Shown here: piece after piece, positions 47,409 through 57,191 of the stretch
Layout of the letters: every line of letters starts with the position of its first letter
How positions within the stretch are numbered: the first letter of the stretch is position 1
Assembly (NCBI GenBank): GCA_964580065.1
Contig: CAZOJE010000002.1
Span: 2,978-66,977, forward strand
Source of the DNA: an uncultured Candidatus Saccharibacteria bacterium
GTDB taxonomy: Bacteria > Patescibacteriota > UBA1384 > DTJR01
DNA: 64,000 nucleotides
Reading direction: 5' to 3'
Translations under genes and position numbers: made by a program
The notes under the pieces: generated by a model
The model's database searches: none
Told to the model about the DNA's origin: nothing
The model's input: the letters and a program-made list of their open reading frames with translations, nothing else

Positions 47409-50264
47409 TTATGCGGCCGAATCGGGACAGGTAAATTTATAAGGACACCATTTGCATTTTCGTGAATCAGGTTTAGCTGTGTAGTCTTCGGCTTTGATGC
47501 CTTGGGCGACCTCTATAATCATTTGGCGCGTTTTTTCTAAATCTGGCTCTTTAAATAATCTGGTCCCCTTTTTGTCTGATTCGATAAAAAAAAGCGTTGT
47601 TTGAGGAATCTCATTATATTTTTCATACCAAGCCAAGGCATATATTTTCATCTGCGTTGACTCTCGAATTCGTCTATCAGCTTCGGCCTGATCTTTAACT
47701 TCGGAAGTTTTGAAATCGAGAATTTCTGCCCCATCCTTGTTTTTGTTCACCAGATCATATCGGCCGTTAATTTTTAAGCCGTCTTCAGCGAACTCAAATC
47801 TTTCTTCGATCATATCGGGAATGAGATCGGTTCGTTGATCTTCACTGTAAAATCGACTTAAAGTTTCGATAGCTGTTTTGTAGCGTTGCTCTTCATGATT
47901 TCGGGTAATAAATCCTTCGTTTTTAAAATAAATTTGAAAATCGGTCAATAAAGAATCAAGATCGGGTTTTTCACCACGCTGTTTTTTGGAAAAATATCTC
48001 TGCAGGGCCTCGTGAATGGCTGTGCCATACATGAAATGCCAATCTGTTGGCAGGGGTACTTTTACAACCGAAACGAAATAGTATTTTTTGGGGCAAGTGT
48101 AATAATCGTCAATTTGTTGGCGTGATAGATATAGCTGGCCATTTTTAGAAATACTGGTGTCTCTTACTTTTAGTAGCTTCCCTTCAATTTTTTTAAACTT
48201 TTCAATTTTTTCTAGCGGCGATTGTTTATGTTTGATTTTTCCAAGTGTCGGATCATCTAAAAGTTCTAAAACGAATTGAGAGATTTTTTTGGTTCTTTTG
48301 CCGCCGTAATCGTCAGAAGATGTTAAAAATAATCTTTGCTTAGCTCGTGTTACGCCGACATAAAACAAACGCCTTTCCTCTTGGAGATGAAAATCCCCTT
48401 CAGGAAGTTTTTCTTTAATTAACTCTTGGGGAATCGGTAAAGCGTCCTGACGACGGCGTGTTGGAAAGCGCTCTGTAACCATATTGACAATAAAAACAAT
48501 TGGCCACTCCAAACCCTTAGCGGCGTGAACAGTCATCATATTAACAGCATCCAAATCGGGGTCGATATCCGAAGAAACCACTTCATCGCCAACCTCCATA
48601 ATTAGCTCTAGATTATTCAAGAAGGCGTGAACAGTTTTTTCGTTGGAGATGTGATCAAACTGATAAATTCGTTCAAAAAACTTGGCGATATTGGATATTT
48701 TTATTTCTGCTTCAATCGTTGCCTGTTCCGTTAAAGTTTTAAAATAATTTTTTTCTTTCAGATATTCATATAAAAGCTCGCCGGCGCGGTAATTTTTAGA
48801 TAATTTTTCACGATATTTTTGAATGTCAGCTAAAATTTCCTCGATTTTTTTATCCGGTTGTTTGTCGGACGAAAACATTTCGGTAAAATTGCGGTTTTGC
48901 CTTTTAGCTAAGGCGTAGTAATAAGAAAGCATGTGAACATCGCAATTATAAATCTCCCCTGTCGCCAAGGAAAAGAAAGCTAAATTATCGTCGGGATAAA
49001 CAAGGCATTTTAAAAAACTGATGAGCATTTTTATTTCCTCGCGAGCAAAAAGTGACGAAGCGCCAACAAAAATGCTGGGAATTCTTTTGATATTTAATGC
49101 TTGAATAAAAGGTTCCAGATGGGAATTAGCTCGAGCTAAAATGGCAAAATCCTTATATTCATATTGACCAGTTGCTTTAAATTCTTCGATTTTGGTGGCT
49201 ACTTGATCGGCTTCACAAGAAAGTGTTTCACAGTGAAGCAATTCCGGCGCTTGACCTTTTTGATTGGAAAATAATTTCTTATCAATTTTATTTTTGACTT
49301 CTAACCGATCGGGATTATTGTGTTGAATTAATTTATAGGAAGCGTCGAGAATTTCCTGAACCGATCGATAATTTTGATTTAGGACAATTTGGGTGCAGTC
49401 TTTGTAATCGTCCTTAAAAGACAAGATATTAGAAATAGATGCTCCACGAAAACGGTAAATGCTTTGGTCGTCATCGCCAACAACGGTAATATTGGCTTTT
49501 TCGTCGGCCAAAAACTTAACCAGCTGATATTGAGCGTAATTAGTATCCTGAAATTCGTCAACAAGAATATATTTGAAGCGCGCTTGGCAATCAGCCAAAA
49601 CTTTCATATTTTCTTTAAGCAAACGATAAGTTAAATAAATTTGATCGCCATAGTCCAAATTTCCCGATTGAATCATTAAGTCTTGATAATGCTCATAGGC
49701 GTGGGCCAACTCAAGGGCTTTTTCTTTTTCTTCATTATTTTCGTAATTATGATTTTCAACAAAATCTAAATATTCTTTAGGCGTAATTAATTCATCTTTG
49801 AGGCGGGAAAAATGTTTCAAAAGCGCTTCAATATGGCTGGTGGGATTTGCTAAGGGACGAAAATATTTCAGATCAAATGAATAGAGATTTTCTCTCATCA
49901 AAATTGCCTGCTCGGTTTCGGAAAGAACTTTAAAATTAATTGGCAATCCTAAATCAATGGCAAACTCCCGCAAAATTCTGTCGCCAAAAGCATTAAAAGT
50001 AGAAATCCAAGTATCAACAAAACCGTAAGGAACGAGCTGGTCGACGCGTTCTTCCATCTCGCCCGCCGCTTTATCGGTAAAAGTTAAAGCGAGAATCTCT
50101 GAAGGTTTGGCTAACTTTTTTTTGATTAAATAAGCAATGCGGCGCGTGATGACGGTTGTTTTTCCTGTGCCGGCGCCGGCGATTATCAAAAGCGGGCCGC
50201 CGCTATGGGCAACGGCCCGCTTTTGATTTTTGTTCAATCCTTCAAATAGTATTTCTTTGGTCAC
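47409..50264 (-). CDS. UvrD/PcrA family helicase fused to a PD-(D/E)XK nuclease (AdnB/AddA-like)
   Basis: AGAGTGKT, LVDEFQDTN, VGDDDQSIYRFRGA, TVHAAKGLE and EERRLFYVGVTRA motifs. C-terminal GRYD..ILDFKT with four Cys. Confidence 0.92.
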   Translation of the reverse strand: MTKEILFEGLNKNQKRAVAHSGGPLLIIAGAGTGKTTVITRRIAYLIKKKLAKPSEILALTFTDKAAGEMEERVDQLVPYGFVDTWISTFNAFGDRILREFAIDLGLPINFKVLSETEQAILMRENLYSFDLKYFRPLANPTSHIEALLKHFSRLKDELITPKEYLDFVENHNYENNEEKEKALELAHAYEHYQDLMIQSGNLDYGDQIYLTYRLLKENMKVLADCQARFKYILVDEFQDTNYAQYQLVKFLADEKANITVVGDDDQSIYRFRGASISNILSFKDDYKDCTQIVLNQNYRSVQEILDASYKLIQHNNPDRLEVKNKIDKKLFSNQKGQAPELLHCETLSCEADQVATKIEEFKATGQYEYKDFAILARANSHLEPFIQALNIKRIPSIFVGASSLFAREEIKMLISFLKCLVYPDDNLAFFSLATGEIYNCDVHMLSYYYALAKRQNRNFTEMFSSDKQPDKKIEEILADIQKYREKLSKNYRAGELLYEYLKEKNYFKTLTEQATIEAEIKISNIAKFFERIYQFDHISNEKTVHAFLNNLELIMEVGDEVVSSDIDPDLDAVNMMTVHAAKGLEWPIVFIVNMVTERFPTRRRQDALPIPQELIKEKLPEGDFHLQEERRLFYVGVTRAKQRLFLTSSDDYGGKRTKKISQFVLELLDDPTLGKIKHKQSPLEKIEKFKKIEGKLLKVRDTSISKNGQLYLSRQQIDDYYTCPKKYYFVSVVKVPLPTDWHFMYGTAIHEALQRYFSKKQRGEKPDLDSLLTDFQIYFKNEGFITRNHEEQRYKTAIETLSRFYSEDQRTDLIPDMIEERFEFAEDGLKINGRYDLVNKNKDGAEILDFKTSEVKDQAEADRRIRESTQMKIYALAWYEKYNEIPQTTLFFIESDKKGTRLFKEPDLEKTRQMIIEVAQGIKAEDYTAKPDSRKCKWCPYKFTCPDSAA

Positions 50265-50572
50265 TTTTGTAACGCTTTTCTTAAATCCTCTTTACTCACA
50301 ACACCGTTGAATTGTCTAGTAATGTTGCCGCGGTTGAATATCAAAATTGTTGGAACGGACATAACCTGATATTGATTGGCTAAACCGCCCTCTGCCTCAA
50401 CATCTACCTTAAAAAATTCCGCCTCCCCTTTCATTTGTTTGGCTAATTCATCAATAATCGGCGACATTATTTGGCAGGGGCCGCACCACGAAGCAAAAAA
50501 ATCAACCAAAACCGGTTTGTTGGATTTTAGGACTTTTGCGTCAAATTCGTCACCTTTAAGTTCAAGTGCCAT
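50261..50572 (-). CDS. trxA: Thioredoxin
   Basis: WCGPC active site. Confidence 0.96.
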   Translation of the reverse strand: MALELKGDEFDAKVLKSNKPVLVDFFASWCGPCQIMSPIIDELAKQMKGEAEFFKVDVEAEGGLANQYQVMSVPTILIFNRGNITRQFNGVVSKEDLRKALQK

Positions 50573-51048
50573 GAGATATTCCTCCTTTTAATTTTCCCAA
50601 CCATGTAGTCAAGCGCGAACAGTGCGGCTGTAAACGTTAAGTCACCCAAAATGGTGTTTTTATAGAAAGGCACTGCAAGCGTAAAACATTTAGTGAATCC
50701 AGCTAGATCATGCGTGTACCACGGACCGAGCCAGACCGCCAAATTGGTTATTGCAAAAAATGAAAGCGACCCTAGCACAGCTGAAATAACAGGAGAAAAC
50801 TTTTTTTGGGTGAAAATTTTTTCAAATAAAATGTAGGAGAGACTGCCGAGATAAACAAAAACGGAATACCAGCCAAATCCTAGAAAAATATCGCTGATTA
50901 TCATGGAAATCAATGTAATCCCAACGGCTTTTTTCCAACCATATTTTTTAGTGGCAAATATCGAAACAGCCCCAACCGGCGTGAAGTTAGCCGGATGCGG
51001 CAAGAAGCGAGAAAGTGTTTGTAAAAAAATTAAAATATAGGTCATCAC
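50527..51048 (-). CDS. DUF6580-like membrane protein, putative cobalamin uptake protein
   Basis: RFLPHPANFTP, FFAITNLAVW and PFYKNTILGD motifs; multiple TM helices; cobO/nrdJ context. Confidence 0.7.
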   Translation of the reverse strand: MMTYILIFLQTLSRFLPHPANFTPVGAVSIFATKKYGWKKAVGITLISMIISDIFLGFGWYSVFVYLGSLSYILFEKIFTQKKFSPVISAVLGSLSFFAITNLAVWLGPWYTHDLAGFTKCFTLAVPFYKNTILGDLTFTAALFALDYMVGKIKRRNISWHLNLKVTNLTQKS

Positions 51049-51092
51049 CTTTTTAAGTTATTGCCCTTTGTTGATATTGTCAAGCGCAGGCG

Positions 51093-51656
51093 TTAGAACT
51101 CGGCGCTTGAAACTGAATCTTCCTTATTTTGACAAAACAAAGTTATCGAATCAAATTGTAGAAGTGACACACTGGATGGAATAGAAAAATCGACCGATTG
51201 AGATGAAATTGGCGTTGAAAAAGATGGCGACAAAATGGCGATAACTTTTTCACTCGGTTTTATTGTCAGCTTTGCCGTTAGAGCACCGCAACCGCCATTA
51301 TAGCTAAAATTGGTAAAACGTATTGTGCCGGTGGAAATAATCGTTACTTGTCCATCAATGCCATATTTTGACGATTTTGACAATTTAACTGTAGCGCCGA
51401 TTTTCTTTTGAGCGGCCGCATCAACAGTGGCCGTGGCGGCGGCTTGCACTTTGTTTTTTCCCTGTAAATACTCGTACAAAACCGGATCGGTCAAAATCAT
51501 TGTGTTGCCGTCAAAAGTCGAAAGTAATGGATTAGCTTCGCTGTTTTGTTGACTTGGTGTGGGCGTGGCCGTGGCTTGGGTCTGGCTATTTGAAGACGAA
51601 CAGCCAAAAAGCAACATTGATATGCCAACCACTGTAATTAATATTTTTTTATTCAT
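51093..51656 (-). CDS. Lipoprotein with a DM13-like C-terminal domain
   Basis: Lipobox LFG-C; GQVTII...FTNFSYNG...FDSITLFC. Confidence 0.6.
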   Translation of the reverse strand: MNKKILITVVGISMLLFGCSSSNSQTQATATPTPSQQNSEANPLLSTFDGNTMILTDPVLYEYLQGKNKVQAAATATVDAAAQKKIGATVKLSKSSKYGIDGQVTIISTGTIRFTNFSYNGGCGALTAKLTIKPSEKVIAILSPSFSTPISSQSVDFSIPSSVSLLQFDSITLFCQNKEDSVSSAEF

Positions 51657-51686
51657 TAACGAAATTATAGCAAAAAATAATGTTGC

Positions 51687-52196
51687 TTATAAATCTATAC
51701 CGATTTTGGCTTGTATACCTTTATCGAAAGGATGCTTGATTTTTTTCATTTCTGTCACCAGATCACTTAACCGAAGCAATTTGGAAATTTTGGGGCGGCC
51801 GGTCAAAACTAAATCGATGTTTTTTGGCATGTCTTGAATTAGCTTACATATTTCATTTTCGTCGATTAGCTGGCAATCGATGGCACCAAAGACTTCGTCA
51901 AGGATGATGACGTCGAATTTCTGAAAAGCGTTTGAGATATAACGCAGGCCCTCGAGAGCGGCCTTCTGGTGGTCTTGCAAGGGTTTTTGATCGCCCATGA
52001 TGCCAACAAAACCCAAGCCAAATTTTTTGTGAACGATGAGCTTAATTTTTTTAAGCGCAATGTCCTCCCCCGTTATTTGGTCACCCTTAATAAACTGTGC
52101 AAAAAGAACTTTTTTGTCACGGCCGGCGGCTCGGGTCGCTAGACCCAGAGCCGCCGTCGTTTTTCCTTTTCCGTCGCCGTAGTAAGATATAATCAT
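51687..52196 (-). CDS. cobO: Cob(I)alamin adenosyltransferase, CobO/BtuR type
   Basis: YYGDGKGKTTAALG, QFIKG, ILDE, LTGR and KHPFDKGI motifs. Confidence 0.92.
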   Translation of the reverse strand: MIISYYGDGKGKTTAALGLATRAAGRDKKVLFAQFIKGDQITGEDIALKKIKLIVHKKFGLGFVGIMGDQKPLQDHQKAALEGLRYISNAFQKFDVIILDEVFGAIDCQLIDENEICKLIQDMPKNIDLVLTGRPKISKLLRLSDLVTEMKKIKHPFDKGIQAKIGIDL

Positions 52197-52199
52197 TTT

Positions 52200-55100
52200 T
52201 TACGAGCAACCGGTTGTTGCCCCGCAGTTGACGCATTTGAGGCATTTACCGTTTTGCACCATCATATTTGAGCCGCATTCAGAGCATGTGTCGCCTGAAA
52301 AACCCAACTCTTCAGTCAGTGGTGGCTGACTTACTAAATCAGGCGAGCTCATAATCTTTTCTTCTTCGGACAGACCCATTTCTGTTTGTTTTTCGTCAGC
52401 GGGTGCATTTGTGTCCTCGAAAGGAAGACGCAAGGCCTTTATTTCACCAGAGACAAATTTTTTCTCAAGCCATTTAGCGATGAAATCAGCCACCGAAGAA
52501 ACATTGGGAATATCGTTGTCACCAGTGAAACCCATTGGCGAAAACCGAGTGTGCTTCAGTTGCCTGATAATTGTTTCAATCGGTACGCCATACTGCAAGC
52601 CGATCGAAGCCATTTTAGCAAACGAATCAGCCATTCCCGCGGCAAAACTTCCCTGTTGGCTCATTGAAATAAATATTTCGCCTGGTGCGCCGTCTTTGTA
52701 CAAGCCAACTGTCAGATAGATTTTATGACCGCCAAGCATGACTTTTCTTGTGATTGACATTCTCTCTTTGGGCAGACGTTTTCGCGTCGGCCGATATTCA
52801 ACAACAACTTCTTTCTCTTTTGGTTGCTCGGCTTCTTCTTTTTTGTTTTGCTCTTTTGATGAAAGGGGCTGGGCAATTTTAGATCCATCGCGATAAATTG
52901 CTACCGCTTTCAGAGCATATTTCCACGACTTCATATAAATGTCTCTAATGTCAGATTCGGTCGCTTCGTTTGGCAAATTGACGGTTTTGGAAATTGCACC
53001 AGACAAAAACGGCTGAACGGCCGCCATCATTTCAATATGACCTTCCGGTTTAATAAATCTTATTCCGTAGGCGCCGCAACGATTAGCGCAATCAAATATT
53101 GGCAGATGTTCTTCTTGAAGATCAGGTGCTCCCTCAATTGTCATTATTCCACAGACAAAATCGTTTGCTTCACGGATTTGCTCCTTAGAAAAACCAAGTT
53201 CGCTTAATAAGTCCGCTTTTGGCAAGGAAAAAAAGTCTTCCGAAAGGCCAGCCCTTTTAAGTGACTGTGGCGAAATTGTTTCGCTCCCAATAAGGGTAGC
53301 AATGTCAAATGCACCCGCCAATCGTTTGTTAATTTTGGCGATATCTTCGCTCGTTATCCCCTTCTTTTCCAGCGATTCATTATTGATGTGCGGCGCATTT
53401 TCTAGAGAACCGTGGCCGATAACATAATTAACGATCTTATTAACGGCGCTCTTTGTGTAGCCGAGATTTTTAAGGGCACGCGGAACCGATTGATTAATGA
53501 TCTTAAAATAACCGCCGCCTGCCAGTTTTTTTAATTTCACAATAGCGTAATCAGGCTCAACTCCTGTTGTGTCGCAATCCATCACCAGACCAATTGTGCC
53601 GGTCGGGGCTAAAAGAGTTACTTGGGCATTGCGAAAGCCAAATCTTCCTCCATCGACCAGTGCTTTATCCCAAGATTCTTGGGCCGAGTGCAAAATGTAA
53701 TCGGGGCAATTTTCAGCATCTAAAACCCAAGGAGCGACAGACAACCCTTCGAATTCATCTGCTAAACCATATGCTGCTTTGCGGTGGTTGCCAATGACTC
53801 TAAGCATGTCCTTTTTATTTTTGTTGTAAGTTTTAAACGGACCGATTTCTCGAGCCATTTCAGCGCTGGTCGAATAAGCTATTCCCGTCATCAAAGCAGT
53901 GATACCGGCGGCTACGGCGCGGCCCTTTTCGCTGTCGTACGGCAAACCCATAACCATCAACAAAGCACCAAGATTGGCGTAGCCAAGCCCGAGTGGTCTG
54001 TACAGATAGCTGTTTTTAGCAATTTCGTATGAAGGAAATTGAGCCATCAAAACAGAAATTTCTAATGTAATAGTCCAGAGCCGTGAGGCGTGAGTGAAAG
54101 CTTTAATATCAAATTCACCGCTTTCGTCATGATAAAATTTTAGCAAATTCATCGAAGCTAAGTTGCATGACGAATCATCAAGAAACATAAATTCACTGCA
54201 TGGATTTGAAGCATTGATTCGACCTGATGCTAAGCAGGTGTGCCAATCGTTGATTGTGGTGTCGAACTGTAGCCCGGGGTCGCCGCATTTCCAAGTCGCT
54301 TTGGCAATTTCATCCCAAAGTCGGCTAGCCGATACTGTTCGGGCAATAATATTTGGTTGTGTCCGCCAAGTTAAGTTCCAGTCCTCGTCATTTTCTACCG
54401 CCTTCATATAATCAGACGTAACCCTGACTGTGTTATTGGAATTTTGCCCTGAAACAGTTTGATAGGCCTCACCTTCAAGTCCGGCAGAGTAGCCCTCGGC
54501 TATAAGGGCCGCCGCTTTTTCTTCTTCCTGATGTTTCCAGTTGATAAAAGTTTCTATTTCCGGATGGTCAACGTTTAGAACAACCATTTTGGCGGCACGA
54601 CGAGTGGTTCCTCCTGATTTAATGGCACCGGCGGCCTTATCAAAGATTTCCAACCAGCTCATCAGGCCGGTAGAATGACCGCCGCCCGAAAGTGCTTCGC
54701 CTTTGGCTCGAAGAGATGAAAAGTTCGTGCCGCTACCAGAGCCATATTTAAAGATTCTAGCTTCGCGGGTAACTAGATCAAAGATTCCACCACTATTTAC
54801 CAAGTCATCTCTAACCGATTGAATAAAGCAAGCGTGTGGCTGTGGCCGAGTATAAGCATCTTCAGAAAGCTTGAGCTTTCCATCTTCTGGATCAGCGTAC
54901 CAGTGGCCTTGAGCCGGACCGGAAATTTTGTAAGCATAATTTAAACCGGTGTTGAACCATTGCGGTGAATTTGGCGAGCCGATTTGCCTGATGAGCATGT
55001 ATTTCATTTCGTCTTCAAAAATTGCCGCGTCAGCTTTACTGGCAAAGTAACCATATTTCTCGCCCCAATGTCTCCAACAACCAGCCAAACGATTAACTAC

Positions 55101-55472
55101 TTGTTTAACCGAGGTTTCACTGCCCGTTTTTTGATTGCCGTCTGAATCTAGTAGCGCGTCGCCGTTTTCATCAAATCGAGGAACGCCTTTTCTGCGAATA
55201 TATTTTGAAATTAAAATATCCGAAGCCGTTCGACTCCACGCGGCCGGTACTTCAACTTCATCGGATTCAAAAACAATTGATCCGTCGGGGTTAATAATTT
55301 TGCTCGTTCGTTTTTCGAACTCGATGCCGTCAAACGGATCTTGATTGTGCGTAGTGTAAAACCGATCAATTTTCAATCCTTTAATGTTTTTCTTGCGATT
55401 ATCTTTTTCAACAAGTTTTTCTTTGATTTTTTCTGTTTTAGCCGATGTTCTTGGCACTGATCCCCCCTTCAA
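52200..55472 (-). CDS. nrdJ: Class II (adenosylcobalamin-dependent) ribonucleotide reductase
   Basis: PNSPQWFN, HACFI, SNPCSEF, APTGTI, GAISKTVN and YRDGSK motifs; C-terminal CxxC zinc ribbon. Confidence 0.96.
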   Translation of the reverse strand: MKGGSVPRTSAKTEKIKEKLVEKDNRKKNIKGLKIDRFYTTHNQDPFDGIEFEKRTSKIINPDGSIVFESDEVEVPAAWSRTASDILISKYIRRKGVPRFDENGDALLDSDGNQKTGSETSVKQVVNRLAGCWRHWGEKYGYFASKADAAIFEDEMKYMLIRQIGSPNSPQWFNTGLNYAYKISGPAQGHWYADPEDGKLKLSEDAYTRPQPHACFIQSVRDDLVNSGGIFDLVTREARIFKYGSGSGTNFSSLRAKGEALSGGGHSTGLMSWLEIFDKAAGAIKSGGTTRRAAKMVVLNVDHPEIETFINWKHQEEEKAAALIAEGYSAGLEGEAYQTVSGQNSNNTVRVTSDYMKAVENDEDWNLTWRTQPNIIARTVSASRLWDEIAKATWKCGDPGLQFDTTINDWHTCLASGRINASNPCSEFMFLDDSSCNLASMNLLKFYHDESGEFDIKAFTHASRLWTITLEISVLMAQFPSYEIAKNSYLYRPLGLGYANLGALLMVMGLPYDSEKGRAVAAGITALMTGIAYSTSAEMAREIGPFKTYNKNKKDMLRVIGNHRKAAYGLADEFEGLSVAPWVLDAENCPDYILHSAQESWDKALVDGGRFGFRNAQVTLLAPTGTIGLVMDCDTTGVEPDYAIVKLKKLAGGGYFKIINQSVPRALKNLGYTKSAVNKIVNYVIGHGSLENAPHINNESLEKKGITSEDIAKINKRLAGAFDIATLIGSETISPQSLKRAGLSEDFFSLPKADLLSELGFSKEQIREANDFVCGIMTIEGAPDLQEEHLPIFDCANRCGAYGIRFIKPEGHIEMMAAVQPFLSGAISKTVNLPNEATESDIRDIYMKSWKYALKAVAIYRDGSKIAQPLSSKEQNKKEEAEQPKEKEVVVEYRPTRKRLPKERMSITRKVMLGGHKIYLTVGLYKDGAPGEIFISMSQQGSFAAGMADSFAKMASIGLQYGVPIETIIRQLKHTRFSPMGFTGDNDIPNVSSVADFIAKWLEKKFVSGEIKALRLPFEDTNAPADEKQTEMGLSEEEKIMSSPDLVSQPPLTEELGFSGDTCSECGSNMMVQNGKCLKCVNCGATTGCS

Positions 55473-55473
55473 T

Positions 55474-55917
55474 TTACTTTTTTAATTTTATAAGCTCTTG
55501 TTCAAAAGAGCTGATGTCTTTAAAATTTTTATATACGCTGGTAAATCTCAAATATGCAATTTCGTCGATTTTTTTCAATCTTTTTATCACCATATTACCA
55601 ATTTTCTTTGTTGGCACATTCTGCTCGCCTGATTCGATAATCCTTTTTTCGATACTATCAACAATTTCTTCGATCTCGTCAGGGCTAATCCTATCGTTAG
55701 CCGACATTTTAATTCCGCGGGCGATTTTTTCGCGATCAAACGGTTCAACTCGACCATTGCGTTTGATAACGGAAATTTTAATCGCTTCAATCCGTTCATA
55801 GGTATTAAAACGGTATTTGCAATCTTCGCATTCCCTTCGACGACGAATGGTTTTCGCATCATAGTCACGGGAATCAATGACTGAAATACTAGTAGATTTA
55901 CATATAGGACAAATCAT
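55474..55917 (-). CDS. nrdR: Transcriptional repressor NrdR
   Basis: CPIC, VIDSR, RRRREC, ATP cone and AYLRFTSVY motifs. Confidence 0.97.
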   Translation of the reverse strand: MICPICKSTSISVIDSRDYDAKTIRRRRECEDCKYRFNTYERIEAIKISVIKRNGRVEPFDREKIARGIKMSANDRISPDEIEEIVDSIEKRIIESGEQNVPTKKIGNMVIKRLKKIDEIAYLRFTSVYKNFKDISSFEQELIKLKK

Positions 55918-55924
55918 TTCCCCT

Positions 55925-55975
55925 CCACTAAATGTTGCGTATTTCTAAATATAAACTACTAAATATAGTTGTCAA
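55925..55975 (-). promoter_or_regulatory. Tandem NrdR boxes overlapping the nrdR-nrdJ promoter
   Basis: CCACTAAATGTTGCGT (55925-55940) and CTACTAAATATAGTTG (55956-55971), 31 bp apart, match acaCwAtATaTwGtgt. Minus-strand TTGACA at 55970-55975. Confidence 0.8.
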
Positions 55976-56027
55976 GACAACAAAAAAACGGGTGGTCCCG
56001 TTTTCTAAAAGTCTGACTATATACCTG

Positions 56028-57185
56028 TTATTTGAGTTTTCTTCTAATAAAAGCCGGCACTTCTAATTCATCATCGGATTCTTCCTGTTTTACTTCTTCT
56101 TCCTTTTCAATAAAGGTATTGTAAATTGGTTGCGGCTGGGGTTGGGGTTGAGGAGCTTGAACTGGACGCTGTTGGGGCGTGTTAGCTGAATATCTTCTTT
56201 CTTCATAGGTTGGACGCAACTGTTTTTTGGTTTCTAAATCTTCGTCAAATCCGGTGGCAATAACCGTAATTTTTACTTCGCCAGACATTGACTCGTCAAC
56301 AATCGAACCAAAAATGATATTCGAATCAGGGTCGGCCGCTTCTGTAATAGTTTTGGCCGCTTCGTCTATTTCGTACATACTTAAATCAGGGCCGCCCGTA
56401 ATATTAAACAAAATTCCTTTGGCGCCGTCGATAGAAAGCTCTAAAAGTGGTGAATCGATAGCGGCGCGGGCTGCTTCGATGGCGCGATTATCGCCTGTAC
56501 CGCGGCCGATTCCCATCAAGGCCGAACCAGCATCAGCCATGATTGTTTTTACGTCAGCAAAGTCAACGTTGATGATGCCATGCATTGTAATCAGATCGGA
56601 AATACCTTGAACACCCTGTCGCAGAACGTCATCAACAATACTGAAAGCGTCGGTTAAGGAAGTTTTCTTGTCGATAACCTGCAAAAGTCGGTCGTTAGGA
56701 ATAACAATGAGCGTGTCAACTTTATCTTTAAGGTCTTCGATCCCCTGCTCGGCAACTTTCTTGCGTCTGATTCCTTCAAAACTAAATGGCTTGGTTACAA
56801 TACCGACAGTCAAAGAACCCTGCTCTTTGGAAATGGCCGCTACTACCGGTCCGGCACCCGTACCGGTACCGCCGCCGGCGCCATAGGCCACAAAAACCAT
56901 ATCGGCACCTTTGAGCGCTTCGTAAATTTCTTCTTTATTTTCTTCAACGGCGGCGCGACCCACTTCATAGTTACTGCCGGCGCCTAATCCTCGTGTCGTT
57001 TCTTTTCCAATTTGAATTTTTACCGGCGCTGGATTATTTACAAGCGCTTGAGCGTCCGTGTTTACAACAATAAACTCGACTCCACGCAATTTGGACTCAA
57101 TCATTCTAAGGACGGAATTTCCGCCCGACCCACCTACACCAACAACCTTTATTGTGGCAAATGTTTCCAGCTCTTCTTTAATCAT
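56028..57185 (-). CDS. ftsZ: Cell division protein FtsZ
   Basis: [31 protein letters not shown] and the C-terminal VPAFIRR. Confidence 0.98.
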   Translation of the reverse strand: MIKEELETFATIKVVGVGGSGGNSVLRMIESKLRGVEFIVVNTDAQALVNNPAPVKIQIGKETTRGLGAGSNYEVGRAAVEENKEEIYEALKGADMVFVAYGAGGGTGTGAGPVVAAISKEQGSLTVGIVTKPFSFEGIRRKKVAEQGIEDLKDKVDTLIVIPNDRLLQVIDKKTSLTDAFSIVDDVLRQGVQGISDLITMHGIINVDFADVKTIMADAGSALMGIGRGTGDNRAIEAARAAIDSPLLELSIDGAKGILFNITGGPDLSMYEIDEAAKTITEAADPDSNIIFGSIVDESMSGEVKITVIATGFDEDLETKKQLRPTYEERRYSANTPQQRPVQAPQPQPQPQPIYNTFIEKEEEVKQEESDDELEVPAFIRRKLK

Positions 57186-57191
57186 TATTTG

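Noticed and set aside
51049-51092. Cobalamin riboswitch upstream of the DUF6580 gene
   Set aside because: The intergenic space is only about 44 bp and is occupied by a promoter.
52200-55472. Intein or intron in nrdJ
   Set aside because: The frame is continuous and its length is explained by normal NrdJ domains; no intein splice or LAGLIDADG motifs seen.
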